A DNA stretch of 64,000 nt. It comes from Octopus sinensis. Its lineage: Eukaryota. A program made the translations under genes and the position numbers. Positions 12,938-23,700 of the stretch are shown one piece after another. Under the pieces are notes generated by a model. That model had not been told where the DNA came from. It ran no database searches and saw only the letters and a list, made by a program, of their open reading frames with translations. The number at the start of each line of letters is the position of its first letter. Position 1 is the stretch's first letter. The DNA lies in NCBI RefSeq assembly GCF_006345805.1, contig NC_043006.1, forward strand, positions 89,342,001-89,406,000, written 5' to 3'.

Positions 12938-14626
12938 TATATATATATACATGTAGTGAAGAAACAAGGGAAGGGATTATTTTAGAGGGAGAGATTACAA
13001 TTTGGAAGTTATTTGATGAATTAATATAAATGTTTACAGTTTACAAAAGCAACCACGGACACAAAAACGTCATTTTATGGGGCAGAGCAGACAAGTAAGA
13101 ATTATTTTAAAGAAAAGTACGAAATATGTATATACATTGACATACATATTCTATATATGCATACTAATATACATACAACTTTCACTTGTTTGGTCCCATG
13201 ATATTCCTCAGGGACAATTATTTAATTATTCAGATAAAGTGAAAGTGGCTGTGAAGAAACGATGCACAACTGGATGTTTCTCATGTCACCAACTCTCAAT
13301 TGTTTTCAAGTGAAATACTATTTTCCTTGCTTTTTTTTCTTTTTCTAATAATGAAGAGATCAATAGTCAGGCATGTTTATATGGAAGTAAACAGCAGCTA
13401 CACAGTTAGGAACCTCGCAATCAGTCTCAAAATATTGAAAAGACACAAACACACACATACATACATATCATCATCATCTTTTAACATCCACATTCTGTAC
13501 TGGTATGGGTTGAACACTTGATAGGGTCCAATGGATCTGAGGGAGGTCTGTATCATACTCCAATGTCTACTTTGCCATGATTTCTTTGGCTGGGTTCCCT
13601 TCTTGATGCTAATCACTTTACGGCATGTGCTGGTTGGTAAATGTTCAACAACCCTGGATTTTTTGTAACTAGATGTCTTGTTTCTGGATTGGAGTCTTTC
13701 TACAATTACTATGACATTGCCAGAGTGAGGCATTTTACTATCACAAGCAATGGAGCATGTTTTGTACAGCAAGATGGAAATGCAAATGTAACTTAAAGAC
13801 AACATATCATACAATCAATATGAACAGTTTGTGGTGCAGGGTTTGTCTGATTGGCAAAATGGTTTGTAACAACTGATAGATTTATATTATTTTTAGGCTT
13901 TTGTCAGAAGAGAAAAAAATAGTGCCCATGATATCTCAGCAGAGATTTCCACAATTGGTGGGAGCAGGATGGAACAGAGGGAAAAAAACCCAACTTATTT
14001 ATCTTTAGAAACCAAACCTCAATTGTAATTCTTGCAACAAAATTAACTTCCCTACAGGACATCAATAGGCTTGGAGGAGGCAATGTTGTTCAGAAGGCAA
14101 TGCATTAAGTTCTATGAAGTACATTTACATTTAGGTGGACTGAGCTATCTGAGTGTTTAAACCAGGTAAACAAGGTAGATGAATGAAAGCCAGAACATGA
14201 AAATGAACTGTTAGTAGGTTCATCTAACATACTAAAATATTATTTACAGACCAACCAACTTCAGTAGGTTGGTTTATTATTGTTCATCTATTTTGTTCAT
14301 TACTTATATATTTGTTCATTTGTTGGCATTTTTATTTCCAGGAGAAATTTGCTCAAGGCACTATGCTATGAAATAGAACTTGAAATAATGTGGTTATGAA
14401 GCCAGTTCTGAATACACACACACACATTTGTGAACATATACTCTTTAACTTGTCATTTTGTAATCAATCTTTAAGTGGTGGCAATCTTTACTGATTAGCC
14501 TTCAACTATTAGGATTGTCTAAGATGGCAAAATAACATTTTTACAAAAAAGAAGCGTGTTTTAGAATTTGGAATTTTATATACATATATTCATACATACA
14601 TACGTATATACATATATGCACACACA

Positions 14627-14629
<3 letters not shown>

Positions 14630-14677
<48 letters not shown>

Positions 14678-15111
14678 CTTAAAGAAAATAGTTGAAGAAG
14701 TATAACATTAGCTTTTTACATTGTAGTTTAAAATTTAAAAATTCCTACTTTACAAGCTGATAAAAGACTAATATAAAAATAAAGAAAAATTTTCTGAATA
14801 TAAAAATATAAAATACATTTAGATAAAATTTCAAAATTTCTTAATGTCAAAAGAAAACATTGATAGTTATAATGACTTTGTGTGTGCATATGTATGTAGA
14901 TTGTGTGTGATGTGATTGTGTGTGTATGTGTCTTGTAAGTGTCTATGTATCTGTGTATATAGTCTCAATGTTTATAGATATAGACACACACACACACACA
15001 CTTGCTATGTATGTATGGTTTAACTGAAGTTTTGGAAATGTGTTCAAGAAGTGTGTGCATGTGTATGTCTTTGCAGCTACATGCATATGAATGCATATAC
15101 ACACACATATA

Positions 15112-15156
<45 letters not shown>

Positions 15157-15309
15157 ATATGTAGGCATACACACAAAGACACACATGTAAGTACATATGG
15201 TACACATATATTCTGTATATAGGCATGAGCAAGTCTATTTTATGTGTGTGTTTGTGTGAACTTATGCTGTTCATCTTCTTGTTGGTTGTTTTGTGCGTGT
15301 GTGTGTGTG

Positions 15310-15351
<42 letters not shown>

Positions 15352-15987
15352 CTTAAAGAAAATAGTTGAAGAAGTATAACATTAGCTTTTTACATTGTAG
15401 TTTAAAATTTAAAAATTCCTACTTTACAAGCTGATAAAAGACTAATATAAAAATAAAGAAAAATTTTCTGAATATAAAAATATAAAATACATTTAGATAA
15501 AATTTCAAAATTTCTTAATGTCAAAAGAAAACATTGATAGTTATAATGACTTTGTGTGTGCATATGTATGTAGATTGTGTGTGATGTGATTGTGTGTGTA
15601 TGTGTCTTGTAAGTGTCTATGTATCTGTGTATATAGTCTCAATGTTTATAGATATAGACACACACACACACACACTTGCTATGTATGTATGGTTAACTGA
15701 AGTTTTGGAAATGTGTTCAAGAAGTGTGTGCATGTGTATGTCTTTGCAGCTACATGCATATGAATGCATATACACACACATATAATGTATATATATATAT
15801 ATATTATATATATATATATATATGTATGTATGTAATATGTAGGCATACACACAAAGACACACATGTAAGTACATATGGTACACATATATTCTGTATATAG
15901 GCATGAGCAAGTCTATTTTATGTGTGTGTTTGTGTGAACTTATGCTGTTCATCTTCTTGTTGGTTGTTTTGTGCGTGTGTGTGTGTG

Positions 15988-16029
<42 letters not shown>

Positions 16030-16471
16030 CTTAAAGAAAATAGTTGAAGAAGTATAACATTAGCTTTTTACATTGTAGTTTAAAATTTAAAAATTCCTAC
16101 TTTACAAGCTGATAAAAGACTAATATAAAAATAAAGAAAAATTTTCTGAATATAAAAATATAAAATACATTTAGATAAAATTTCAAAATTTCTTAATGTC
16201 AAAAGAAAACATTGATAGTTATAATGACTTTGTGTGTGCATATGTATGTAGATTGTGTGTGATGTGATTGTGTGTGTATGTGTCTTGTAAGTGTCTATGT
16301 ATCTGTGTATATAGTCTCAATGTTTATAGATATAGACACACACACACACACACTTGCTATGTATGTATGGTTTAACTGAAGTTTTGGAAATGTGTTCAAG
16401 AAGTGTGTGCATGTGTATGTCTTTGCAGCTACATGCATATGAATGCATATACACACACATATAATGTATAT

Positions 16472-16515
<44 letters not shown>

Positions 16516-16650
16516 ATATGTAGGCATACACACAAAGACACACATGTAAGTACATATGGTACACATATATTCTGTATATAGGCATGAGCAAGTCTATTTT
16601 ATGTGTGTGTTTGTGTGAACTTATGCTGTTCATCTTCTTGTTGGTTGTTT

Positions 16651-16685
<35 letters not shown>

Positions 16686-16690
16686 ATGTG
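14630..16690. repeat. Tandem triplication of a ~675-bp unit bounded by (GT)n(TA)n
   Basis: The unit start TCTTAAAGAAAATAGTTGAAG occurs at 14677, 15351 and 16029. Copies differ essentially only in microsatellite or homopolymer length. Confidence 0.95.
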
Positions 16691-17189
16691 TGTGTGCATG
16701 TTTGCATACACATTGTTTTCATTTGTGTGTGAATTTGAAAGTTGATGTGTGTATGTGTATGCACTTGAATCTAACAGCTGCTACCATTTTCTAAAACAAC
16801 AACAACAATGAAATAAAAAAAATTACAGTAGAAAAAGAGTAACAACAACAAAAAAAGTGTATGAGAAAGAGAATAAAAATTAACAACAATTCATTTTAGC
16901 ATTGTAGCCCTTCCTTCTTCATTAAGAAATGGTAACTGTTCTTTTGTATCAGAGCAGATGAAGAAAAGATACACACTGAAGAAGAAGTAAGTCGCAGAAT
17001 AGAGAAAAATATTTTAAATAACAAAGAGAGACAAAAGAGATTGACTATTAGGAGAGAAAAAAGGAAAACAGTTGTTTGTGTGTATAAAAGTGTGCATAAC
17101 AGAAGTGTTGGAGAGATGTGAGTAGGTAGAAAGAAAAAAAAGCAACAGATAAATGTAATATTATTACACATATACACATAAAGATACGA

Positions 17190-17255
<66 letters not shown>

Positions 17256-17309
17256 TATATATTGTGTGTGCGTGTATTCATATACATGTGAATGTATCAA
17301 ACAAATTAT

Positions 17310-17354
<45 letters not shown>

Positions 17355-17439
17355 GGATACATATACATAGATATGTACGCATGTATTAAAGTATGAGCAT
17401 GTATGTATAGATTTGTGTATGTATACCTGCATAAGGGAG

Positions 17440-17490
<51 letters not shown>

Positions 17491-17896
17491 TGGGGAGGGA
17501 CAGAGAAACAGATAGTCAGACAGAAACAAAAGGTAGACAAAGAAGGAATGAAAACATGTACAAAATATTTTCTCTTGTACATATTAAGTGAATGAAAATG
17601 AAAGTAAAATAAACAGAATAAAGGAATTTTATTCTAAAGTCTTTTAAACTATAAAATTGTTCTCAATGGGGATGCTGGAATGGCAAGGGTGGGCAACAGA
17701 GACAGGATGGGTTCTGTTTTTTGTTGTTTTTTGCTTTCTTCCTCTAACCTTTCTTTCAACATTTCTTCTTATTTCTTTTGTTACAGAAAATTTATTTTTA
17801 TATCTATATTTGTTTGTTTCTTTCAATGGTAGTTGTTTCAGAAAAAGAAGTAATGCTTTACTGAATAGTAAAAAGAATGTAGCGATTGGTAGATTG

Positions 17897-17933
<37 letters not shown>

Positions 17934-18142
17934 AAAGGAAGGATTAAAGAGAATGGTTATAAAAGTCAATAGTAAAACTTAAAATGTTCTAAAATCACCA
18001 CCACCACACCAACACCATCACTATCATCATCATCATCATCAGTTGTTGTTGCCTTTCAAAAGAGATAACAGCAATCAGTGTGATCAATTTACATTGTAGT
18101 GTTTCTACATGCATTATGTGTATATAAATATCTATCTATCTA

Positions 18143-18174
<32 letters not shown>

Positions 18175-18319
18175 AAGAGCAATAAAGATTCAAGTTAATT
18201 TAAAAAATTACTTGAATATGGTACCTAACTTAGATGCACCAAAAAAAACTATACTGATTTAACAATACAGTAATGTGGGGTGATTATAAGCGAGAAAGAA
18301 GCAACAAGAATGGATAGGT

Positions 18320-18410
18320 TTTTAGTACGATCGTTTCATACAAGGACAGGTTTTATTAAAAGTTGCAGAGATTACAGCATATAAACGAGTCCCGTACTCA
18401 TCAGCTAAAA
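18320..18410 (-). ncRNA. Minimal type I hammerhead ribozyme in the inverted pLTR
   Basis: Exact reverse complement of 21781-21871. Confidence 0.8.
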
Positions 18411-18467
18411 TACATGTAAGTTCTCTAGACATCCTAGTGTTTGAGGCTATACTCATACTTTTTTTTT

Positions 18468-20357
18468 TTTGATATACCAATGGGTTCCAGTGATTCGGCT
18501 GAGGTAACCAACCTAGTAGGCGCATATCTATTAAAATGCATAAGCAAGGATATCCCAGAAATACAGGGGGGTCTATATAGAGATGATGCTCTGTTTGTTA
18601 TCCCTAGTAATAATAAATCTGTTATAGAAAGGATTAGAAAGAAAATTAATAAGTTCTTTAAGGATTTCAACCTCAGTATAACGTATGAACCGGGCACTAA
18701 AATAGCTAATTTCCTAGATATTACCCTAGACCTTAACTCCAAGCTACATTACCCATTTAGAAAGGAAGGCGAAGTCACGAATTACGTAAATAAATTATCA
18801 AATCATCCCCCAAATATAATAGAATCTTTAGTAAGAAATATTTCATTAAGAATTTCAAAATTATCATCCAATAAGGATATATTTAACTCCCATTCTGAGC
18901 ATTATAATGCGGCGTTAACTAAGGCTGGATACAACCAAAAGATTACATTCGTTGATGGGGAGAACTCACGTATTCCTAATAATGAAGTTATCAGTAATCA
19001 AGTAAGCAGCAAAAAAGACCAAACCCGAAATAAAAGTAGAATTAAATTAACGGTAAACGCCAATCTAGAGTACAGGCCCAACAATTCAAATAGAAGCATT
19101 GACCAGAACATAGGTAACTCGGATAAGATTGAAGTAGATAAACCTAAGATGCACACAAATAAAAATAAAAATAATGGTAATAAATACAATAACTCCGGTG
19201 AGATGAATAGTAGTAATTCTACGAACCCTAAATTTTATAAAAAAGATATATTATGGCTGAATATTCCTTTCAACTGTGCGATACAATCGGATATACAGAA
19301 CAAATTCAAAGTAATTCTGGAAAAAAATTTCCCTATCTCTCATAGATATCATAGAATTATTTCTAGGAAAACAGTTAGGATTTCTTATTCAACCCTCCCA
19401 AATATGTCCACTTTAATAGCTAAAATTAATAATAACAACATTAAACTAGCCAGGAAAGATAGAAATAAAAATAATAATATCAGAATGAATACCAATAGCA
19501 ATAACAATAATACTACCAACAATAAAAACAGCAATAGGAACTATCAAAACATAGGTGAAATTAGTAACCACAGAATGACTAATAACATTAACATTAATAG
19601 TAATAATAACAATGCCGATATTAATAGAAGTAATATTGTTAATAATAGAAATAATAGAAATAAGGCTAATGGAGAAAATAAGGAGAATGAAAATATCAGT
19701 GATATCTATAACAATAATATACAGTTGGATAAAAAGACTAACAATAATAATAACATTACGAATAATATAGGAAATCTTGGTAGGACTTTACGCCTAAATG
19801 ATGAAACGGAAGGATCAATAAATAATAACAATACTTTAGATATCAGTACCAACTATAGAAATGATAATCAAAATAATAGGAACCTTAAACATCTACCCAG
19901 GAATAATCCAAGGCCTGAAGTTGTTCCTCCTGTGTGTAAGTGTAGAATAAAATCAAAATGCCCGGCACCTGGCCTATGTATGGAAAATAATGTAATCTAT
20001 AAATGTACCATATCCACGGAGAATAACAAATATTTTTACATTGGCTGTACAATTAATTTTTTAGCCAGAGTTAGAAATCACATCTCGACTTTTAAATTAC
20101 GTCATAAAGCTGGTACCACCACACTTTCAAACAAAATCTGGGAACTCAAAAATAATAACAAAAATTATACCCTTAATTGGGAAATAGTTAGGAGAGCAAT
20201 TCCGTATAAAAATAGTAGGGTTGGTTGTCAACTATGCTCCATGGAGACGTACGAAATTCTAAAGCATAGTAAACATAGAAACCTATTGAATAACCATATC
20301 GAACTAGGTCCAGTTTGTGTCCACGCTAAATTGAAGACTTTAAAATATTTTAAATGA
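18468..20357 (+). CDS. PLE polyprotein, C-terminal part (RT palm/thumb, Asn-rich linker, Cys-rich finger, GIY-YIG endonuclease); lacks its N-terminus
   Basis: Motifs: FDIPMGS..SAEV..LVG, GLYRDDAL, NFLDITLDL, YVNKLSNHPP, CKCRxxxxCPxxGxC, VIY..YIG, CQLC..E, LLN..ELGPVCVH. About 630 codons without a stop. The listed ORF start at 18441 lies in the inverted pLTR and poly-T junction, so it is not a real start. Confidence 0.9.
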   Translation, partial: FDIPMGSSDSAEVTNLVGAYLLKCISKDIPEIQGGLYRDDALFVIPSNNKSVIERIRKKINKFFKDFNLSITYEPGTKIANFLDITLDLNSKLHYPFRKEGEVTNYVNKLSNHPPNIIESLVRNISLRISKLSSNKDIFNSHSEHYNAALTKAGYNQKITFVDGENSRIPNNEVISNQVSSKKDQTRNKSRIKLTVNANLEYRPNNSNRSIDQNIGNSDKIEVDKPKMHTNKNKNNGNKYNNSGEMNSSNSTNPKFYKKDILWLNIPFNCAIQSDIQNKFKVILEKNFPISHRYHRIISRKTVRISYSTLPNMSTLIAKINNNNIKLARKDRNKNNNIRMNTNSNNNNTTNNKNSNRNYQNIGEISNHRMTNNININSNNNNADINRSNIVNNRNNRNKANGENKENENISDIYNNNIQLDKKTNNNNNITNNIGNLGRTLRLNDETEGSINNNNTLDISTNYRNDNQNNRNLKHLPRNNPRPEVVPPVCKCRIKSKCPAPGLCMENNVIYKCTISTENNKYFYIGCTINFLARVRNHISTFKLRHKAGTTTLSNKIWELKNNNKNYTLNWEIVRRAIPYKNSRVGCQLCSMETYEILKHSKHRNLLNNHIELGPVCVHAKLKTLKYFK

Positions 20358-21780
20358 TTGGAATATTCATAACTAGATAGATAGATATAACTTGATTTCT
20401 ACTAGTATAGCACTGCTTTAAGTAGATAACTAAGAGTTCTCACATTACAGTTATCTTTATCTTTTTCCTTATATCTACATCAGTTTTTTGAGAACAGAGA
20501 AATGAATAGTACTTATTCGCTACTTAATTGAGGCTTTATTTAATTTCAAACTCACAATTTTTAAATTCTTAATTTTAAATCTTAATTGTAATATTTAATT
20601 TTAATTCCTAACTTAATCTAATTTAAATAGCATAACTCTAATAAATTATAATTAGTTACTGTAGCCCCATAATTCTATTTCATAATTAAATAAATAAGGC
20701 TATTCCCTCGGTGATAATATGATTATCTTCATTAGGATAGACAATCCCCTAACACCTTGTAAATGATCTTATAAGATTTGACCTGTAGTCGGTCAATGTA
20801 TGAATAATAACGACAACTCCTTAAGACAATAAAATGAATAAATTAAATAAGTAAATTTTTAATGACTTTTTGATAAGATTATACTTAGATTTTCCTAATG
20901 TATTTTCTGGTGATTTTAGCATCTGACCCCTTAACCCCTGACTGTGTTATCTCTTTAGATTCTCTTTAAACTCATAGCTGATTTCAACAGCAATAAATTA
21001 ACGGTTTACTGGTCAAAGAATAATAATATTCCCCTCCAGTTCCTAGATGCCTGTTGATTAAAACCAGACTTACAGTCTACTAGCTCTTCTGTATAACTAG
21101 AACCCTCTTTTTTCTTTTTTCTTTTTCTTTTTTTCCCTTCTTTCCCTATTTCTTTCTCTTTTCTCTTTCTTCTTTTTCTTCTTCTTATTCTCTGTTTCCT
21201 TTTCTCTTCTCTTTTAGTCCCCCTTTCCCCCCCCCCTTTTTGCTCCCTCCTCCATTATTTTCTCTCTTTTCTTCTATTCCCTTCTCTATTCTTGGCCGAT
21301 CTAGTAAGCCCTTCAACCTTTAAGAGTTAAATAGCTGCAGCCTCTTGTGAATAGCAGTAATGTGATTAATATGGCAAACACCTAATCATATAACAAGGAT
21401 TGGTACCTACCTCATTGTGTTCAACCATTGTAAAATTTATCGCCTGTGAATATGAAATTCATCTCCATTTCTCTGGAAATTTACATCTACACCATTGGAA
21501 TCTGTGCATATATACAAAGGATTAATTCACCCTCTCTGTAATGCTAATAACAATGGATAATTTGTCTTCTGTGAGTATATAATCCCTCATCATATCTATG
21601 GAAATTCATATGGATTAGGTCACCTTCTCTGTGATGCTATCAAAACTTTTTTAAAATTCTGTGATAAGACTATGCATCATCTTTAAAGAACTTTAATGAA
21701 CTTTAGAAATCTGTTTAATTATCTACATTACTTCATGAGTATAGCCTCAAACACTAGGATGTCTAGAGAACTTACATGTA

Positions 21781-21871
21781 TTTTAGCTGATGAGTACGGG
21801 ACTCGTTTATATGCTGTAATCTCTGCAACTTTTAATAAAACCTGTCCTTGTATGAAACGATCGTACTAAAA
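21781..21871 (+). ncRNA. Minimal type I hammerhead ribozyme in the 3' pLTR
   Basis: TTTTAG-CTGATGA-[GTACGGGAC...GTCCTTGTAT stem II]-GAAAC-GATC-GTA-CTAAAA. It has a 6-bp stem I, canonical core boxes, palindromic stem III (ACGATCGT) and a GUA cleavage triplet. PLE pLTR hammerheads are established knowledge. Confidence 0.85.
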
Positions 21872-22082
21872 ACCTATCCATTCTTGTTGCTTCTTTCTCG
21901 CGTATATATATATATATATATAATATAAAATAAATATAAGAGAGTGGTCACTATATGGCTCACTCTAGCACCAGTTAATCCAAAAGGTTTCAACCACTAA
22001 AAATACATGTTTCCCATGAAAGTCAGTACGATTGTTAGCTCACACGGACAGGGCAAATAAAAAATAACAAAAATACAGATTA

Positions 22083-22164
22083 TTTTGGGACAATTGTTTC
22101 GCTATTAATGAATTAAATGTAATTTTACTTACAAAAAAATCCACTTGTAGCTCATCGGGCAAAA
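22083..22164 (-). ncRNA. Hammerhead ribozyme-like motif, array unit 1 (stem I mismatch)
   Basis: Minus strand: TTTTGC-CCGATGA-GCTA..TAGC-GAAAC-AATT-GTC-CCAAAA. Confidence 0.6.
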
Positions 22165-22615
22165 CTATCTGGATGAAATCCACTCAATCACACGCCAGAT
22201 TTTACCATAACGATAAATACGCGTGTGGTTCAATTGATTACATCCGACGTTATAATTCAAATGCCCCAACTAACAGCGCGCCAAACTTTCACGGAAAACA
22301 AATACAGCATTTAGAAATAAATGCAGCATAATTATAATTAATTAATAAGGGTGAGAGAATTAGATACTAATTTAATAGTATATCCATTCAACACCAAGTG
22401 GCCTAGTGCTCCGAGAACCTGGATTATTATAATATTTTATAATATATTATAATATTTTTACAAAAAATATAAGAGAGTGGTCACTATATGGCTCACTCTA
22501 GCACCAGTTAATCCAAAAGGTTTCAACCACTAAAAATACATGTTTCCCATGAAAGTCAGTACGATTGTTAGCTCACACGGACAGGGCAAATAAAAAATAA
22601 CAAAAATACAGATTA

Positions 22616-22697
22616 TTTTGGGACAATTGTTTCGCTATTAATGAATTAAATGTAATTTTACTTACAAAAAAATCCACTTGTAGCTCATCGGGCAAAA
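22616..22697 (-). ncRNA. Hammerhead ribozyme-like motif, array unit 2 (stem I mismatch)
   Basis: Same motif as unit 1. Confidence 0.6.
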
Positions 22698-23151
22698 CTA
22701 TCTGGATGAAATCCACTCAATCACACGCCAGATTTTACCATAACGATAAATACGCGTGTGGTTCAATTGATTACATCCGACGTTATAATTCAAATGCCCC
22801 AACTAACAGCGCGCCAAACTTTCACGGAAAACAAATACAGCATTTAGAAATAAATGCAGCATAATTATAATTAATTAATAAGGGTGAGAGAATTAGATAC
22901 TAATTTAATAGTATATCCATTCAACACCAAGTGGCCTAGTGCTCCGAGAAACCTGGATTATTATAATATTTTATAATATATTATAATATTTTTACAAAAT
23001 AAATATAAGAGAGTGGTCACTATATGGCTCACTCTAGCACCAGTTAATCCAAAAGGTTTCAACCACTAAAAATACATGTTTCCCATGAAAGTCAGTACGA
23101 TTGTTAGCTCACACGGACAGGGCAAATAAAAAATAACAAAAATACAGATTA

Positions 23152-23232
23152 TTTTGGGACAATTGTTTCGCTATTAATGAATTAATGTAATTTTACTTAC
23201 AAAAAAATCCACTTGTAGCTCATCGGCCAAAA
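23152..23232 (-). ncRNA. Hammerhead ribozyme-like motif, array unit 3 (intact stem I)
   Basis: Minus strand: TTTTGG-CCGATGA-GCTA..TAGC-GAAAC-AATT-GTC-CCAAAA. Perfect 6-bp stem I, U4C core variant, GUC triplet. Confidence 0.72.
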
Positions 23233-23662
23233 CTATCTGGATGAAATCCACTCAATCACACGCCAGATTTTACCATAACGATAAATACGCGTGTGGTTCA
23301 ATTGATTACATCCGACGTTATAATTCAAATGCCCCAACTAACAGCGCGCCAAACTTTCACGGAAAACAAATACAGCATTTAGAAATAAATGCAGCATAAT
23401 TATAATTAATTAATAAGGGTGAGAGAATTAGATATTTTGTAAAAATATTATAATATATTATAAAATATTATAATAATCCAGGTTTCTCGGAGCACTAGGC
23501 CACTTGGTGTTGAATGGATATACTATTAAATTAGTATCTAATTCTCTCACCCTTATTAATTAATTATATATATATATATATATAATATATATATAAATAT
23601 ATGTAAATATGTATGTATACATACCTACATGCATATGTATATATATATATATATATATACGT

Positions 23663-23700
<38 letters not shown>

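Larger units (their letters stand above)
18290..21901 (+). mobile_element. 5'-truncated Penelope-like retroelement (Naiad-like) with an inverted pseudo-LTR at its 5' end
   Basis: RT plus GIY-YIG ORF; long AT-rich 3' region; 18290-18456 is the reverse complement of 21735-21901; (TA)n tracts nearby on both sides. Confidence 0.92.
21931..23568 (-). mobile_element. Non-coding tandem array (~535 bp x3) of hammerhead-containing units with a terminal inverted segment; retrozyme/PLE pLTR-like
   Basis: AAGAGAGTGGTCACTATATGG occurs at 21938, 22471 and 23007. 23433-23568 is an inverted copy of the unit's right-hand ~135 bp. Each unit has one hammerhead on the minus strand. No ORF. Confidence 0.85.

Noticed and set aside
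16890-16995. Possible small exon between purine/pyrimidine tracts
   Set aside because: Splice-like signals exist on both strands, and the peptide is unrecognisable.
10219-17595. Many ORFs rich in YI, HT, VC or RE dipeptides (e.g. 16896-17582, 228 aa)
   Set aside because: They are translations of (TA)n, (CA)n and (GA)n microsatellites, which lack stop codons.
20355-20372. Selenocysteine read-through of the PLE TGA stop
   Set aside because: There is no internal TGA at conserved Cys positions, the terminal TGA is followed by TAA after four codons, and I could not identify a SECIS by eye.
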